NCBI GenBank assembly: GCA_027923505.1
Contig: BROI01000002.1
Span: 1,674,001-1,738,000 of the forward strand
Length of the DNA: 64,000 nt
Source: Mayamaea pseudoterrestris
Lineage: Eukaryota
Reading direction: 5' to 3'
Shown here in pieces: positions 22,840 through 34,104 of this stretch. Numbering within the stretch: the stretch's first letter is position 1; every line of letters begins with the position of its first letter. Below the pieces are notes generated by a model. It did no database searches, was not told the origin of the DNA, and saw only the letters and a program-made list of their open reading frames with translations. The position numbers were made by a program, and so were the translations under genes.

Positions 22840-24528
22840 TCAAAAGTCTCCTTGCATCGCCTTGATCAACTGCGGAGTCGCACTAAAAGACACGCAGTAG
22901 ACAGTCTTTCCCGGAGCAACATCACGGACCGCATGAAGCTGCAAGTTGCAATCGTAACATTCGTCCAATTCCTGGCGACGACAACTCGCAGCTCCCGGAG
23001 CAAGGCCAGCAATGAGGTTGGACGCAATGATTTCGACAGCCACTTCCTCCGCTGAAAGACCATCCGTCGGTCTGGCAAACGTATACACATGTACTCGGGG
23101 TATCACATCGCTATGCTTTGCCCACCATCGGAGCGCGCCGAGAAATTTGGGACCCTCCAAAGGAAAGTTCATGACGACATGGTCTGGCAGCGGATGCTGC
23201 TCACTGAGACCAAGATCCATTAGAAAGTCGTATGCATCTCCGCACTTGGCTTGAATCTGCTTGGCGTCAATCCCATTCGATTTGGCATTCTTGTGCAACC
23301 ATTCAATTGCACTCGGATTCCAATCATTGGCAAGCACGAAGCAACTCGCATCTCGCGCTGCCGCGTGCAGGCAGAGTGCACCCACTCCGCAAAAGGGATC
23401 GGCAATCAGTGCTCCTTTCTCAATCAAATTGAGCATGCGCTGTCTCTCCTCCGATAGTCGACTGCACCAGTAAACCTTGGCCATGTCAAACTGCAGCCGC
23501 AGTCCAGCTTCAACCACATCAACCAGTGTATTGTTTTCACCAGCCACAATTTCAAAGTCATAAGTGCGAAAGGGCCCCGTCACTTGACCGACCTTGACTA
23601 GTACAGTCTTGACGTGTGAGCGCAAGCTTTCCAGCAGCACTTGGCCAATGAGGTAGCGATATGGAAAATGGTGCGACCGCAGATTCATGTGAATGACATG
23701 ACCAATGGTTTCAAACGCCGTTGGCGGTGGATGTATATGAGATGGAAGTATTTGAAGGAGAGTGTAGGATGCGGTGAATTGGTTGTACGCGAACTTGATT
23801 GGAACCACAGATCCGGGTGTGCAGGCGTCTTGGACAAACGTAGGTAGCTCCTGGAACGGAGGAGCGTCCGGATGTAGGAGAATCATTTTGTCGCCATTTT
23901 CACTGTCGCGGACTACTTTGATTCGAGTATGCAGGTGACTGAGAAGGTCAAGTCGTGATGCCAAGTGGTCTTGCATCTCGGGCGCATTTACAATAGTATG
24001 AATTTGTGACGAATCCTTGACGCAAAGACTGCGAAAGACAACTGTCGGATTGAGCCTTGGATGTGCTTTCCAAGTTTCGACAAGTCGAGTAACTTCTGCA
24101 TGTTCATCTTGGTCGTTAACAACGGAGTTCCGCTCTTGATTATCTTCGTCATGATCAGAATGCACTAGCGAGAGTAAGGTATCATTCTTCAATGCGGCTG
24201 AATGCAAAGTCGGCATCTCAGCTACTGGATCATGCGCAAGCAGCGAAGCCTTTCCTATACTTAACCTCATTGAGCGACCAAGCATTGATCGGTGCATTAT
24301 TCCTCGACTCATTTGTCGGCTTAGCCGAATGGTAAAGCCCGAGCAAGATCGTATCATGATTGGAAGAATGAGAAGGGAGAGGATTGTCGACAGACTGGCA
24401 ACAGTTTGTAATCGTATTCGTCGATTCAAAATCAGAGACAGAAGCAGTGATTTGATTGTGATATTGCATCCACTCTTGGGATGCCGCCTTTGCATATTGT
24501 TATTCGAGTTTGCCGTCGCTAAGAACAA
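22840..24528 (-). CDS. TRM5: tRNA (guanine37-N1) methyltransferase, Trm5/Met-10+ family
   Basis: FETIGHVIHMNL, FRTYDFE..AGE, VYWCSRLSEER, DPFCGVG, ANDWNP, VVMNFP, VHVYTF; start codon uncertain. Confidence 0.9.
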   Translation of the reverse strand: MFLATANSNNNMQRRHPKSGCNITIKSLLLSLILNRRIRLQTVASLSTILSLLILPIMIRSCSGFTIRLSRQMSRGIMHRSMLGRSMRLSIGKASLLAHDPVAEMPTLHSAALKNDTLLSLVHSDHDEDNQERNSVVNDQDEHAEVTRLVETWKAHPRLNPTVVFRSLCVKDSSQIHTIVNAPEMQDHLASRLDLLSHLHTRIKVVRDSENGDKMILLHPDAPPFQELPTFVQDACTPGSVVPIKFAYNQFTASYTLLQILPSHIHPPPTAFETIGHVIHMNLRSHHFPYRYLIGQVLLESLRSHVKTVLVKVGQVTGPFRTYDFEIVAGENNTLVDVVEAGLRLQFDMAKVYWCSRLSEERQRMLNLIEKGALIADPFCGVGALCLHAAARDASCFVLANDWNPSAIEWLHKNAKSNGIDAKQIQAKCGDAYDFLMDLGLSEQHPLPDHVVMNFPLEGPKFLGALRWWAKHSDVIPRVHVYTFARPTDGLSAEEVAVEIIASNLIAGLAPGAASCRRQELDECYDCNLQLHAVRDVAPGKTVYCVSFSATPQLIKAMQGDF

Positions 24529-24831
24529 ATAATGCCGTCATGGCGAACTTGACGAAACCGATGGCTCCAGGGAACGTCGCAGCGTGACAGATTGTGAGTC
24601 TGGCTCGTCGGATGGTGCGGCGGAGGGCACGTGAAAGGCAAGCTAATGTACTCTAGCCTATGTTGCTTCTGCGAAGGCGAGTCTGCCTGCGTCATACCAG
24701 CATTTACGAGAATAAAGTGCTGTATAGCTGACCCTTTTTGCGTTCATAAATGGAGGCAGCTATCTTGCGGAGAGCGACATGCTAAATAAAAATGGCAAAA
24801 ACCAACTATGTAACATTTCAACAGATTAAAA

Positions 24832-25617
24832 CTAAGCTGCAGCCGCAAACTTGCCATGCGCAAGAATTCTCCCAATTGGTGAAACAGCTTGCCATTCAAT
24901 GATTCGAGAACGTACATCAATATACATTCGCTGATATCGCCCTACTTTGCCCACGAGCATACCAGTAGCCAGGCGCGAAAGTTGAAGGACTTGAATGATG
25001 GACCGCAAAGCATGAAACGCAATAACTAAACGACAAGCTTCTGTCCCATCGATTGCTTCGTTCTGACCGTGCACCTTCGGCTGTAACGAAAGGTGAGCAG
25101 CAAATTCAAAGAACTTGATGGCATTGTGCAAGTGACGCAATCTTGAACTGCTCTCTTGTCGCTCTTCTTGTTTCGACATGAGATAACTTGTAATGCCAAC
25201 ATTGATTAAAATAATGGCAGATTCAATGTTTGGACTTGTCCGCACCGAGCGAGGCTCAACCAAGTCGATATGAATAGGAGTCCAAGCGCCAAAGCGCGGA
25301 TCGAAAACCGGCTGGAGAAATGCTGCGCATGGGGACGCACACGGGTCGCAGGATATAATCTTCACCAGACGAGCGGAAAAGGAGGTAGAGTCCGACTTGA
25401 CGTCAAGCATGCGGCGGGTTGCCTGGTCGAGCATGTGATCCACGTCCCCCGCAACGTGTTCCGGATCAACAATACCCTTTATGACGCTCATTGCGTCACT
25501 GAATGTTTGATGAGCTCGAGCAAGACATCCCTTCGATAGCAGGTAAATTCCAGCATTGTTCAGTGAAACAGCGGCGTGGTAAGCTTTGCTTGAGGCGATC
25601 TTTTCTAAACTGGTCAT
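24832..25617 (-). CDS. hypothetical helical (TPR-like) protein
   Basis: 261-aa ORF; 'AVSLNNAGIYLL', 'SAIILINVG', C-terminal AAAA, a pattern I associate with a diatom-expanded family. Confidence 0.7.
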   Translation of the reverse strand: MTSLEKIASSKAYHAAVSLNNAGIYLLSKGCLARAHQTFSDAMSVIKGIVDPEHVAGDVDHMLDQATRRMLDVKSDSTSFSARLVKIISCDPCASPCAAFLQPVFDPRFGAWTPIHIDLVEPRSVRTSPNIESAIILINVGITSYLMSKQEERQESSSRLRHLHNAIKFFEFAAHLSLQPKVHGQNEAIDGTEACRLVIAFHALRSIIQVLQLSRLATGMLVGKVGRYQRMYIDVRSRIIEWQAVSPIGRILAHGKFAAAA

Positions 25618-26469
25618 GTTTTGCGTTACTATGAGCTTGGTTGCCTCGACTTTACTTGCTTCGGAACTTTGGTGGATATGGTTCCATCGTCTTTGAGGTG
25701 GATGCGAAACTGTATCGGCACATATGGCATGTTTGTGCGCTGGCAGCTTCGTCTCGGAGAATCATTGGACGAATCTCCATGTCCCACATGTTTGTCAAAG
25801 CCAATCAGGATTAAACATGATCATTTGCGGTGACACATCCAATTCATTTTGATAATTGACAGCCATTACCCTTAAACGACGTCGTTGACGTGGAATGAGC
25901 CATTGGCAAAGCGAATCCTGCATACAGGGTTCAACGAGACATTTCGGAGAAATTTCGCCCTCATAAAACACCAAGTATGATACCCATATTAAGGTTTGTA
26001 CACCTACCTACTCGTACGACGAAGGTAACAAGAGTAGTAATATGGATATAAAGGCAGGCAAACAATCTAAGATAGCATCAGCAATTCGAGTTCTGGTAGT
26101 TACATATATACAAACTGAAGTAGGATCACAACCAATGCCCACACCTACCTTTCTCACTGTCAATGCAAGTGAGGATCAACTGGCAGTCGCTGGACCACCT
26201 GCACTGGCTTGCAACACAGTAGAGTGGCTTTTGATCAGAGTCGGTCTAAAGTAAGTTGGGTTGGCTGTCGAAGTTGGCCGGTAGCTACATTAGTAAGGGT
26301 AAGCGGACGATTACTTTTGCGGAAGTCGGAGTGGTTATCGGTGAGACATGACATCTCGAAAGCCGCACCACACAAGCACTTTAGCGACACGAGCGAACGA
26401 AGCTGCCACCCGTCTACCTACACACAGCAATAGACACATCATACATCATATCGTTACAGCAAGATTAGC

Positions 26470-27087
26470 ATGTCATCAATTGTTACTGCCACGCTTGACA
26501 CTTTCGACACAGCAAACGCAACGAAAGCGTCCAGGAGGAGCAACAACAAGAAGCGGCCTTTGCCGGAGACCAATTTTGTATCGACCATCGTACCATTGAC
26601 CTCTCTGAAAGCAGCCAAGACTCGTGCCAGTGAAACTTGCTCTTTATCGGAATTGAAATCCGCATCGAAAGACTCCAAGAAAGTCCGTTTCGACTCGGTG
26701 GCGATCAAGCATTATCCTCGAGCACTCGGCGACTTTGACGAATCTAACAATGTACCTTTAGATTATGCCCTTTCGCTCGACTGGGCAAGCAATGATGACG
26801 AAAATGCTGCTCCAACCATTTTGCCATTGGATGTTTACGAAAATAGCAGGACGCCGACTTGCAAGTCGCCCATTGAGTATGACGACTTGGGTCGATTGAA
26901 TGCGACGCAGCGCTGCGCGAGATTGCTTGAAAACATGCCAGTCTCCGCGCTGGCGCAGCAAGTAGGACAGCGAAACGGAAAATCGACGGCGCGAGGGATT
27001 GGGCGCATCGAGCAAGAGTTGGAAACGTTTTTAAAGCTGTCCGCGTCGTCGCCGACGGCATTGCCACCGTTTGTCACGAAAAGGTAG
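26470..27087 (+). CDS. hypothetical protein with RVxF-type motif
   Basis: 205-aa ORF; KKVRFDSVAIKHYPRALGD...LSLDW. Confidence 0.65.
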   Translation: MSSIVTATLDTFDTANATKASRRSNNKKRPLPETNFVSTIVPLTSLKAAKTRASETCSLSELKSASKDSKKVRFDSVAIKHYPRALGDFDESNNVPLDYALSLDWASNDDENAAPTILPLDVYENSRTPTCKSPIEYDDLGRLNATQRCARLLENMPVSALAQQVGQRNGKSTARGIGRIEQELETFLKLSASSPTALPPFVTKR

Positions 27088-27556
27088 GGGACTGGGAATA
27101 CACGATATCGTGGCATGCATATCTTGATATGAACGTAGAGCAAAAAAAATATCATAACTATCAGGGAGGATGGCAGGTACAAGCTGTACTTGTAAATTGC
27201 CAAGCATTTTACGCCGCGTGATTCAAAATGCTTCTTTTGGAGGCCTATCAGTTCCGCCAAGTCCTTGAGCTCTTCTCCAGCTACCCAGCGTAAGGCGCAA
27301 TGGCTATCCTTCATGTCTAGAATACTTGTTCTTACTATCATGCTACTTATGTCGCAACAAGGTTTACATTGGTTCCACGAAACGGACGAAGAGTCATTCC
27401 AAGGGTCATAGTCAGTACCGGTACGATTTTCGCTTCAGATGTTGTGACGGATTCGCCCCCTCGTTCCATTGCGAGATCAAGCAGACTGAAATGCTCTTTG
27501 ATTGACAGCTTCTGCCCTTGCTGCTGGACTTCCTTTACTATTTCTTACACGAAAGT

Positions 27557-30206
27557 ATGCCTCCTCGCCCACCAAGGTTGAACGCTGCAGACGACAATGC
27601 CAATGACCGCAGCAGGCATGGCGGCAGTGACGAGCATGAGCACGAAGATGACGACGACTTGGCAGACCTTTTGCATGATGCTGCTGCACCAAGAGAAACA
27701 TTGCCGGCGTCTGGCCCGTATGCCAAGCAGCAGGAGCGAGTCTATCATAACTTCTATCAAAAGAATGCGTCCATGTCTTGTTTTGAATACATTAGTGCCT
27801 ATATCTCAGTGTACGTTTTTGTTGAAAGTGATGCTGCTTGCTTTCCATCGAATCGAATGGTTTGTTCCCTCTGTCATCTGCATATGCAGACACTGCTCTT
27901 CTCGTAAAATTTCACATAGATGCTGCTACTACCATCCAGTTGTATGTTCCATCTTGACGTTTGGATTGGGCTTGTTTCTGTTTCTCCTACTCGTCACGCT
28001 CGTTTTGAATCCAGCCCAGCAGTTTGGCATTAGTTCCGAACACGCCAGCTACCTGTCCTCCAAAGTCCACTCCAAGTACGATTTGGAGCTCAACAAGATT
28101 GAACATTGGTGCTTGGGCGGTGGAAACTCGCGCTGTCCATACTGCGAGGATCCCTTGGTGCCGCAGAGCCGCATGGAGCATGCCAGTTGGACATTGGCAT
28201 TTAATAAAAACAAGAAGATTGTTCAGAAATACGTTGACGATCCGCTCCAAGGAGCCGAACTGGATGTTGCGTTTCTGGGTGGATCGGTCGTGGAGGAAAT
28301 GTCGGGTCGATGGATGGGAAAAAGCGGCAGTAGTGATGGCAAAAACGAAACTAATACTAGCGACAATAGCATGTCGTCGTTGCGCATTTTTGCGCGTCTC
28401 TTTCGAAGCAACTTTCAGAGTCTCGACAAGGGAATACATGGAGTTGCTCTTGGAATTGCTGGCGACTCTTCGCCAAATGTCTTGTATCGCATCATGCATG
28501 GCGAAATGCCGGAACAGTTCAATCCCAAAATATACTGGCTGAGTCTGGGTATGAATGACATTGCGCGGATGCAGTGTTCCGAGGAAGTTACACTGATTGG
28601 AATTCTGCGAGTCGTTGAGGAGATTTTGGAGCGCAAGCCACATGCGCGCATTGTCATTAACTCACTCTTTCCCATGATTACGGTGCGAGAAGGCGACTAT
28701 CCAGTCCTGAGTGACTTCATGGACTCGTTTGAGCTTCCAAGAGGTGTAGTTATTCGGCATTATAAGCCAACCCATCAAGAGGAGATAGAAGAAGGACGGC
28801 GCATGTTACGGTTTCAATCAACAGACTCGTCCTTTGATCGCCGGCAGCTATCCAAACGGGATCGTAAAACAAGGCATCGACGCCAGCGTGACATACACGA
28901 GGAGCCTCGTTCTAGAACATCAGAAGAGATTGTTACATTATCCGAAAAGGAAGAAGAAATTCGTGACATTGTTGCTCGACGTCGTCGCCGACGTAGGCGT
29001 GAAAGATTGAACCCAATACTAGCTGGCGACAAGTTCAAAATACGAAAGTTTCGACCTGGGTTCTTGGGCAAGCGACGGTTGCCGTTGTGGGTTTCTATCC
29101 GACATATAAATAAACAGCTTTCTGAGTTTGCTGCAAACAACCCCCGAGTTTACTTCTTTGACTCAACCTCACTTTTTGTGTCCAGCACCGGAGTTGACCG
29201 TAAACGCTACCATGTCATGAGTGACCGCATCAGCGCACGAGGGCACCCAACCGAGGAAGGCTACCGATTGTGGGAATCTGCAGTCATGACTCGCGTCAAA
29301 CAGGTTATTGACATTATGAAAATAGAGGAACCAGATTTATTCATCATGGATAACAAAGCATCGGAAGATGCTGGTGAGTGGACAGACAATTCTTATTTCA
29401 GTGAAAGCCTTGATGACGCCTATGACGGGTTTGAATCAGGAACTGACGATGGCGGTGAGAACCAGCAGACCGACATAGATGGCGACGGTTATGGTGGAAG
29501 CAACGACGATGATAGGGCTGGTGTTGATGTCGACGTCGACGCCGGAGACAATGGTGACAATGCCGCAGATGCGTTGCAAGGAAAGATTGAGACAAACGCA
29601 GACGACGACAAGTTTACAGTCGATGAGCAGCATCGAGGAGAAAACGGAGACATGACCCATGCTCAAGTGGATAACGGCGATCAACAGACTGTAAACACTG
29701 TCATATCGGAACCAGTAAATGAGAATGGCGACGAAGTCAGCCCCGAAGCAGTAGAATCAGAAGTAGTGGACGTCAACCAAGACAGTGCAAATGTTGTCGA
29801 GCCGGATCCTGAAGAAAACAATCCCGAAGCGGTGCAAACAGAAGCGGTTGACGGCGAACAAGACGCTGCAAATGTTGGCGAACCGGGGCCCGAAGAAGGT
29901 AATCCCGACATTGCACAACCGGAAGCGGCTGATGGCGACCAAGAAACCTCCAACGTTGAGGAACCCGCGCCAGTGGAAGGCCGAGATGAGCAGCAAGAAA
30001 TACAACCAGTGGTCGACGAGCCAAATTCAGTGGCTGAGACTGAGACGGAGCAGTCCGGAGCCGCTGAAAATGAAACCCAACAAGATGCGAATGAAGCGGT
30101 AGATGTCGCTGAACCTGCTGTCGACGCTGTTGAAGACGGCGCAACCGAGTTGGATGTTACTACTGCGAATGATGAAACTGAATCCACTCCCAACGATCAA
30201 GTATAG
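27557..30206 (+). CDS. membrane-anchored SGNH/GDSL hydrolase-like protein (PAF-AH IB-like) with acidic repeat tail; intron 27811-27919
   Basis: exon 1 MPPRPPR.. joins in frame (GTACGT...TAG) to ORF 27597-30206; TM helix; blocks FLGGSV, GIAGD, LGMND, GHP..EGY..W. Confidence 0.8.
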
Positions 30207-30838
30207 CACTCCCGATTGGCAACCGCTTTCCCTAGTATGCTTGCTCTGCACACAACTCGCTCGCCGCTCTTTTGGCAATGCACAACTCATTTCTGTCAAC
30301 CTTACACAATTACCCTGCATGTAGTTGTACAAGTAGCTAAAATGGTTAGCTAGCGCGTGACATGTTCCTGGGGCGAAAATGGCGTGGTCGTCCCAGCGGA
30401 GGTACATGTACAGTATACCGTTAGCTTATTTATATTGCCCTTCGGACATACTCGTTTGATTCGTCCTTTATGAGTCATATCGGAAATAGTCGCTAACAGT
30501 ATTATTGCCTTTGACGTTCCAGGTGTTCGCCAATATATTACAATGACTATGACCATTGGAGTATATCCGAAATGTGTAGAGTCAAGTTGGACGTGTTTCG
30601 TTTTACTATGGCCTGGTCATTTTCATGACATATTGAAGATCCACGCCAGCCAGGGTCTTCGCATTCACAATAGCCCGTCGGACGAGGCACCATTGAAGTG
30701 CCAACTGCGGCGCGCCCTTGCAAGATTTCTTTCCGAACCCTTGATTGATCCCATTTTCTGCATCTTCCTTGCCGCGCTGCTGCTACTTGTACTGCTGCTG
30801 CAAGTCGTTCAACTACTCTACAAGAAGCTGCGTCTATT

Positions 30839-33800
30839 ATGAACAGCGACTCTGACGACGAATCATCGTCGTCTTCATCATCATCATCAGCTAGTGACAT
30901 TCCATTTGCAACCATTACACTGACCGATTCTGATGTTGCCAACCGCTCGACCATTACCAGGAAGGAACTATCCGAGTGCGACCGCGAGGAGCTTCACCAC
31001 ATTGGCTACATTCAGGGCGGCTCTGGTCACTTGTTGTTCTTCGAGTATCCGTCTGGTAAAATTATTGCGCACGACCGTGACGTTCGTCAAGTCAAATGGG
31101 TTCGTCACCGCGATGCGGGTGCCGTCACGCATAAAAATGATTCCAGCAGTGATGGAACGAGTAGTTTGAGTTCATCGCAAAGTTCCTTGGAACATGATCA
31201 GGAGCATATTCCACTACTCGGAGGCTTTTTGCATTGCTGGATTCCCTACAATCTTTACATGGTTGTCATGGACATGGTGGAGGACATGCGCACGGCAAGG
31301 AGTCAGCGAGCCTTTAATTTTTATAATCATCGCAGGCGATCGTATGCAATCAGCCTGTCGACGACGAATTCGGAATTATTAATTGTTTCCATGGAGATTG
31401 AGCAGGCGGAGGATGAGCAAGAGGTAAGAAGACAGACGAGTCATTTGACAGGAGGTTTGACATATGTGGCACGAGCTAACATCACATATATTTCCCTCGT
31501 TTCTTCTATACTTTAGACTGCCGACGCTAGAACCCTTGGTCATCTTGGTCGTATCGTTGAATTTTACGCGCACGAAACCATTGCCTTTACAGCCTGCGAC
31601 ATTATCTTTGACGTGTTCAACGGCAGGTTTGATCGCGGCATGGTCTATCGCTTTCTAGACGACCTTTCCGGCGAAGTCATTCACGAAATTACCAGCTCCG
31701 ATATGGAAACCTCGTACATGGGACTGCGGTTTCCAGCGACGGATATTCCGCTGCCGGCCCGGCAGTTGTATATCAAGAATGGCATGCGATACATTCATAA
31801 TGTGGAAGCAGACAATGTTCCAGTCATTTCGGCCGAGGGCGATCAGGATCTGACGCAGATTCGCATGCGCGGCGTCTCCAAGGCGCATATCATTTACTTG
31901 CGCAACATGGGAGTCACCTGTACAATGTCGATTGCCATTGTTGTGAATGGAGAGCTTTGGGGCCTCCTAGTCTTTCATGGTTATCGGGCCCCATTCAAGC
32001 CTCCACTCCACCAACGGATTGCTTGCGAAACAATTTGCAAAATGGTCTCGGTTCGAATTGAAGCTTTGATCAAAAAGGAAGAAAGTCAGCGCATTATTGA
32101 GCTTGGAGAAGTATTGTTGTCCATGAAGCATAATCGGAGCATTATGGACAGCATCTACGACCTTGGAGAGGGTTTGCTCAAGGTACTTGACTGTGAAGTC
32201 GTTGTTGCGTACTCCGAAAACGGAAATGGATCAATTTTGGTTGGAGATAGGACGTTGGCACCAACCAAGAATTTTTGGGATCAAATGATGATCAAGGTTG
32301 CCAACCGAGAGATATTCTCCCTGTCGGGGCGAGAGGACCTTGCTGATGCTGGAATTTCTGTCATTGATTGTCCAGCCTGCGGCGTTGCATATTTTCGTGA
32401 GGGTGCGACTCATTTTTTTCTGGGCCGCAAGGAGCGGTCAAGAGACGTTGCATGGGCTGGTCGTCCGGACGAACCAAAGCTTCGCATTGGCGGGATTTTG
32501 AACCCACGCGCGTCCTTTGAGACATTTATGGAGAAGGCTCGCATGGAGTCGCGACTATGGAGTCCACAGGACTTGAACGTTGTGTCAGTCTTTCGTGATC
32601 GAATATGCGACCATTGCCACAGCTGGACAATGACATTGCTACAGAATGATATTGAGCAGACAAACAAAAAATACATGGACGCTATTGATCGAGCACATCA
32701 GAACTACGATTTTTTTGCCCGCATGAGTCATGAATTGAGAAATCCTTTGCACGGTGTTATGGGATGCTTAGATATACTAGAAGAATCGATCGAGGAACTG
32801 AGTCCTGCAGAAGCGAGAGGTTACATTACGACCGCCATTTCGTCCGGGCACCACATGATAAACTTGCTTAACGACATTCTCGACTTGTCGAAGAATAAGC
32901 ACCTATCGCATACACTTGCCCAGGACAAGACACTTTACCAGTCCCTTGCATTTGACACCATCGACTGCATGCGCTCCTTAGCGACGGCTCGGAAGATCCA
33001 GCTCTCATTTGAGGTGTATCCAAACAACCACGACAGTGTGCGCATATCAACTGACCGAACCAAAGTGATTCAGATCGTCAACAATATTGTGAATAACGCC
33101 ATCAAGTTTACCGGCAAGGGAGTCATTCGAGTAAAATTTAATCTCGTACAGTCGCTGCAGGAAGGGATTGACGAGTGGTGCAAGATTGCGTCATCCTATC
33201 AGGGCGTCGCTTACACAATGAAGGAAGGTGAAATGTTGACCTCAGTAGAGAAAATAACGAGCCAAGCTGGATCGCGGATGGTGTTTCCTGACCAGCGATG
33301 GATGTGCGTAACCGTGACGGACAATGGCTGTGGAATGAATCCGCACGAATTGGTTGCCATGTTTGAGCCATACACGCAAGCAAGCAGTGGACCTAGTAGA
33401 ACTAAGGTCGGCACCGGACTTGGCTTGTATATTTGCGTTTCGCTGTGTTTGCAAATGAAGGGTTACATAGGTTGTGCATCTTCACCTGGCGTGGGCACAT
33501 CCTTCCAGTTCGGTATTCCAGTCCAGCTCGAGACGGCTGAAAGCGAGGAAGAAGGAGCCGCGCTACAAGGCCCAGCAGACGTTGAACCAGACAAAATTAT
33601 TTACATGAGAGGTCCGATAATGGTGGTTGACGATAATGTTGTCAATGTCAAGTTATTAAAACGCACGCTTGAGCGAGAGCTTAAACTCGTCAATCTTGAC
33701 ATTGAAATACTGATAGCAACAGGAGGTGATGCTGCCGTAAGCTTGTATAAGGAAAAGAGGCCAAGTATGTGCATTGTCGATTATCACATGCCAGGCAAGG

Positions 33801-34006
33801 ATGGAGTTCAAGCGGCCAGAGAGATTCGCGAGTGGGAAAAGGAGCACCAACACCCGCCTGCTTTTATTTTAAGCTACACGGCTGACGCCACAGATCGAGC
33901 CAAGGAACTCATCATGGCGCACTCAAACGACATAATGATCAAACCACCTCCAAAGGGCTACTTGCGAAGTCTTGTGCGACGGTTGAAAGTACCAGAGAAA
34001 AGTTGA
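30839..34006 (+). CDS. DPH: diatom-type phytochrome (PAS-GAF-PHY-histidine kinase-receiver); intron 31424-31516
   Basis: N-terminal Cys in ECDREELHHIGYIQ; FPATDIP; HIIYLRNMGV; PRASF tongue; SHELRNPL, NNAIKFT, DNGCGM, GTGLGL; receiver VVDD/DYHMPG/KP; phase-0 GTAAGA...TAG intron joins the two ORFs. Confidence 0.95.
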
Positions 34007-34104
34007 TAAGTATTGGGAGTATTAGTAGTGAAACTGAGATCTTGGGAAATGTTACGGCATTTAGTATGGTGTAGTACAATTATAAGACTCAGACATTCAA
34101 GCGT

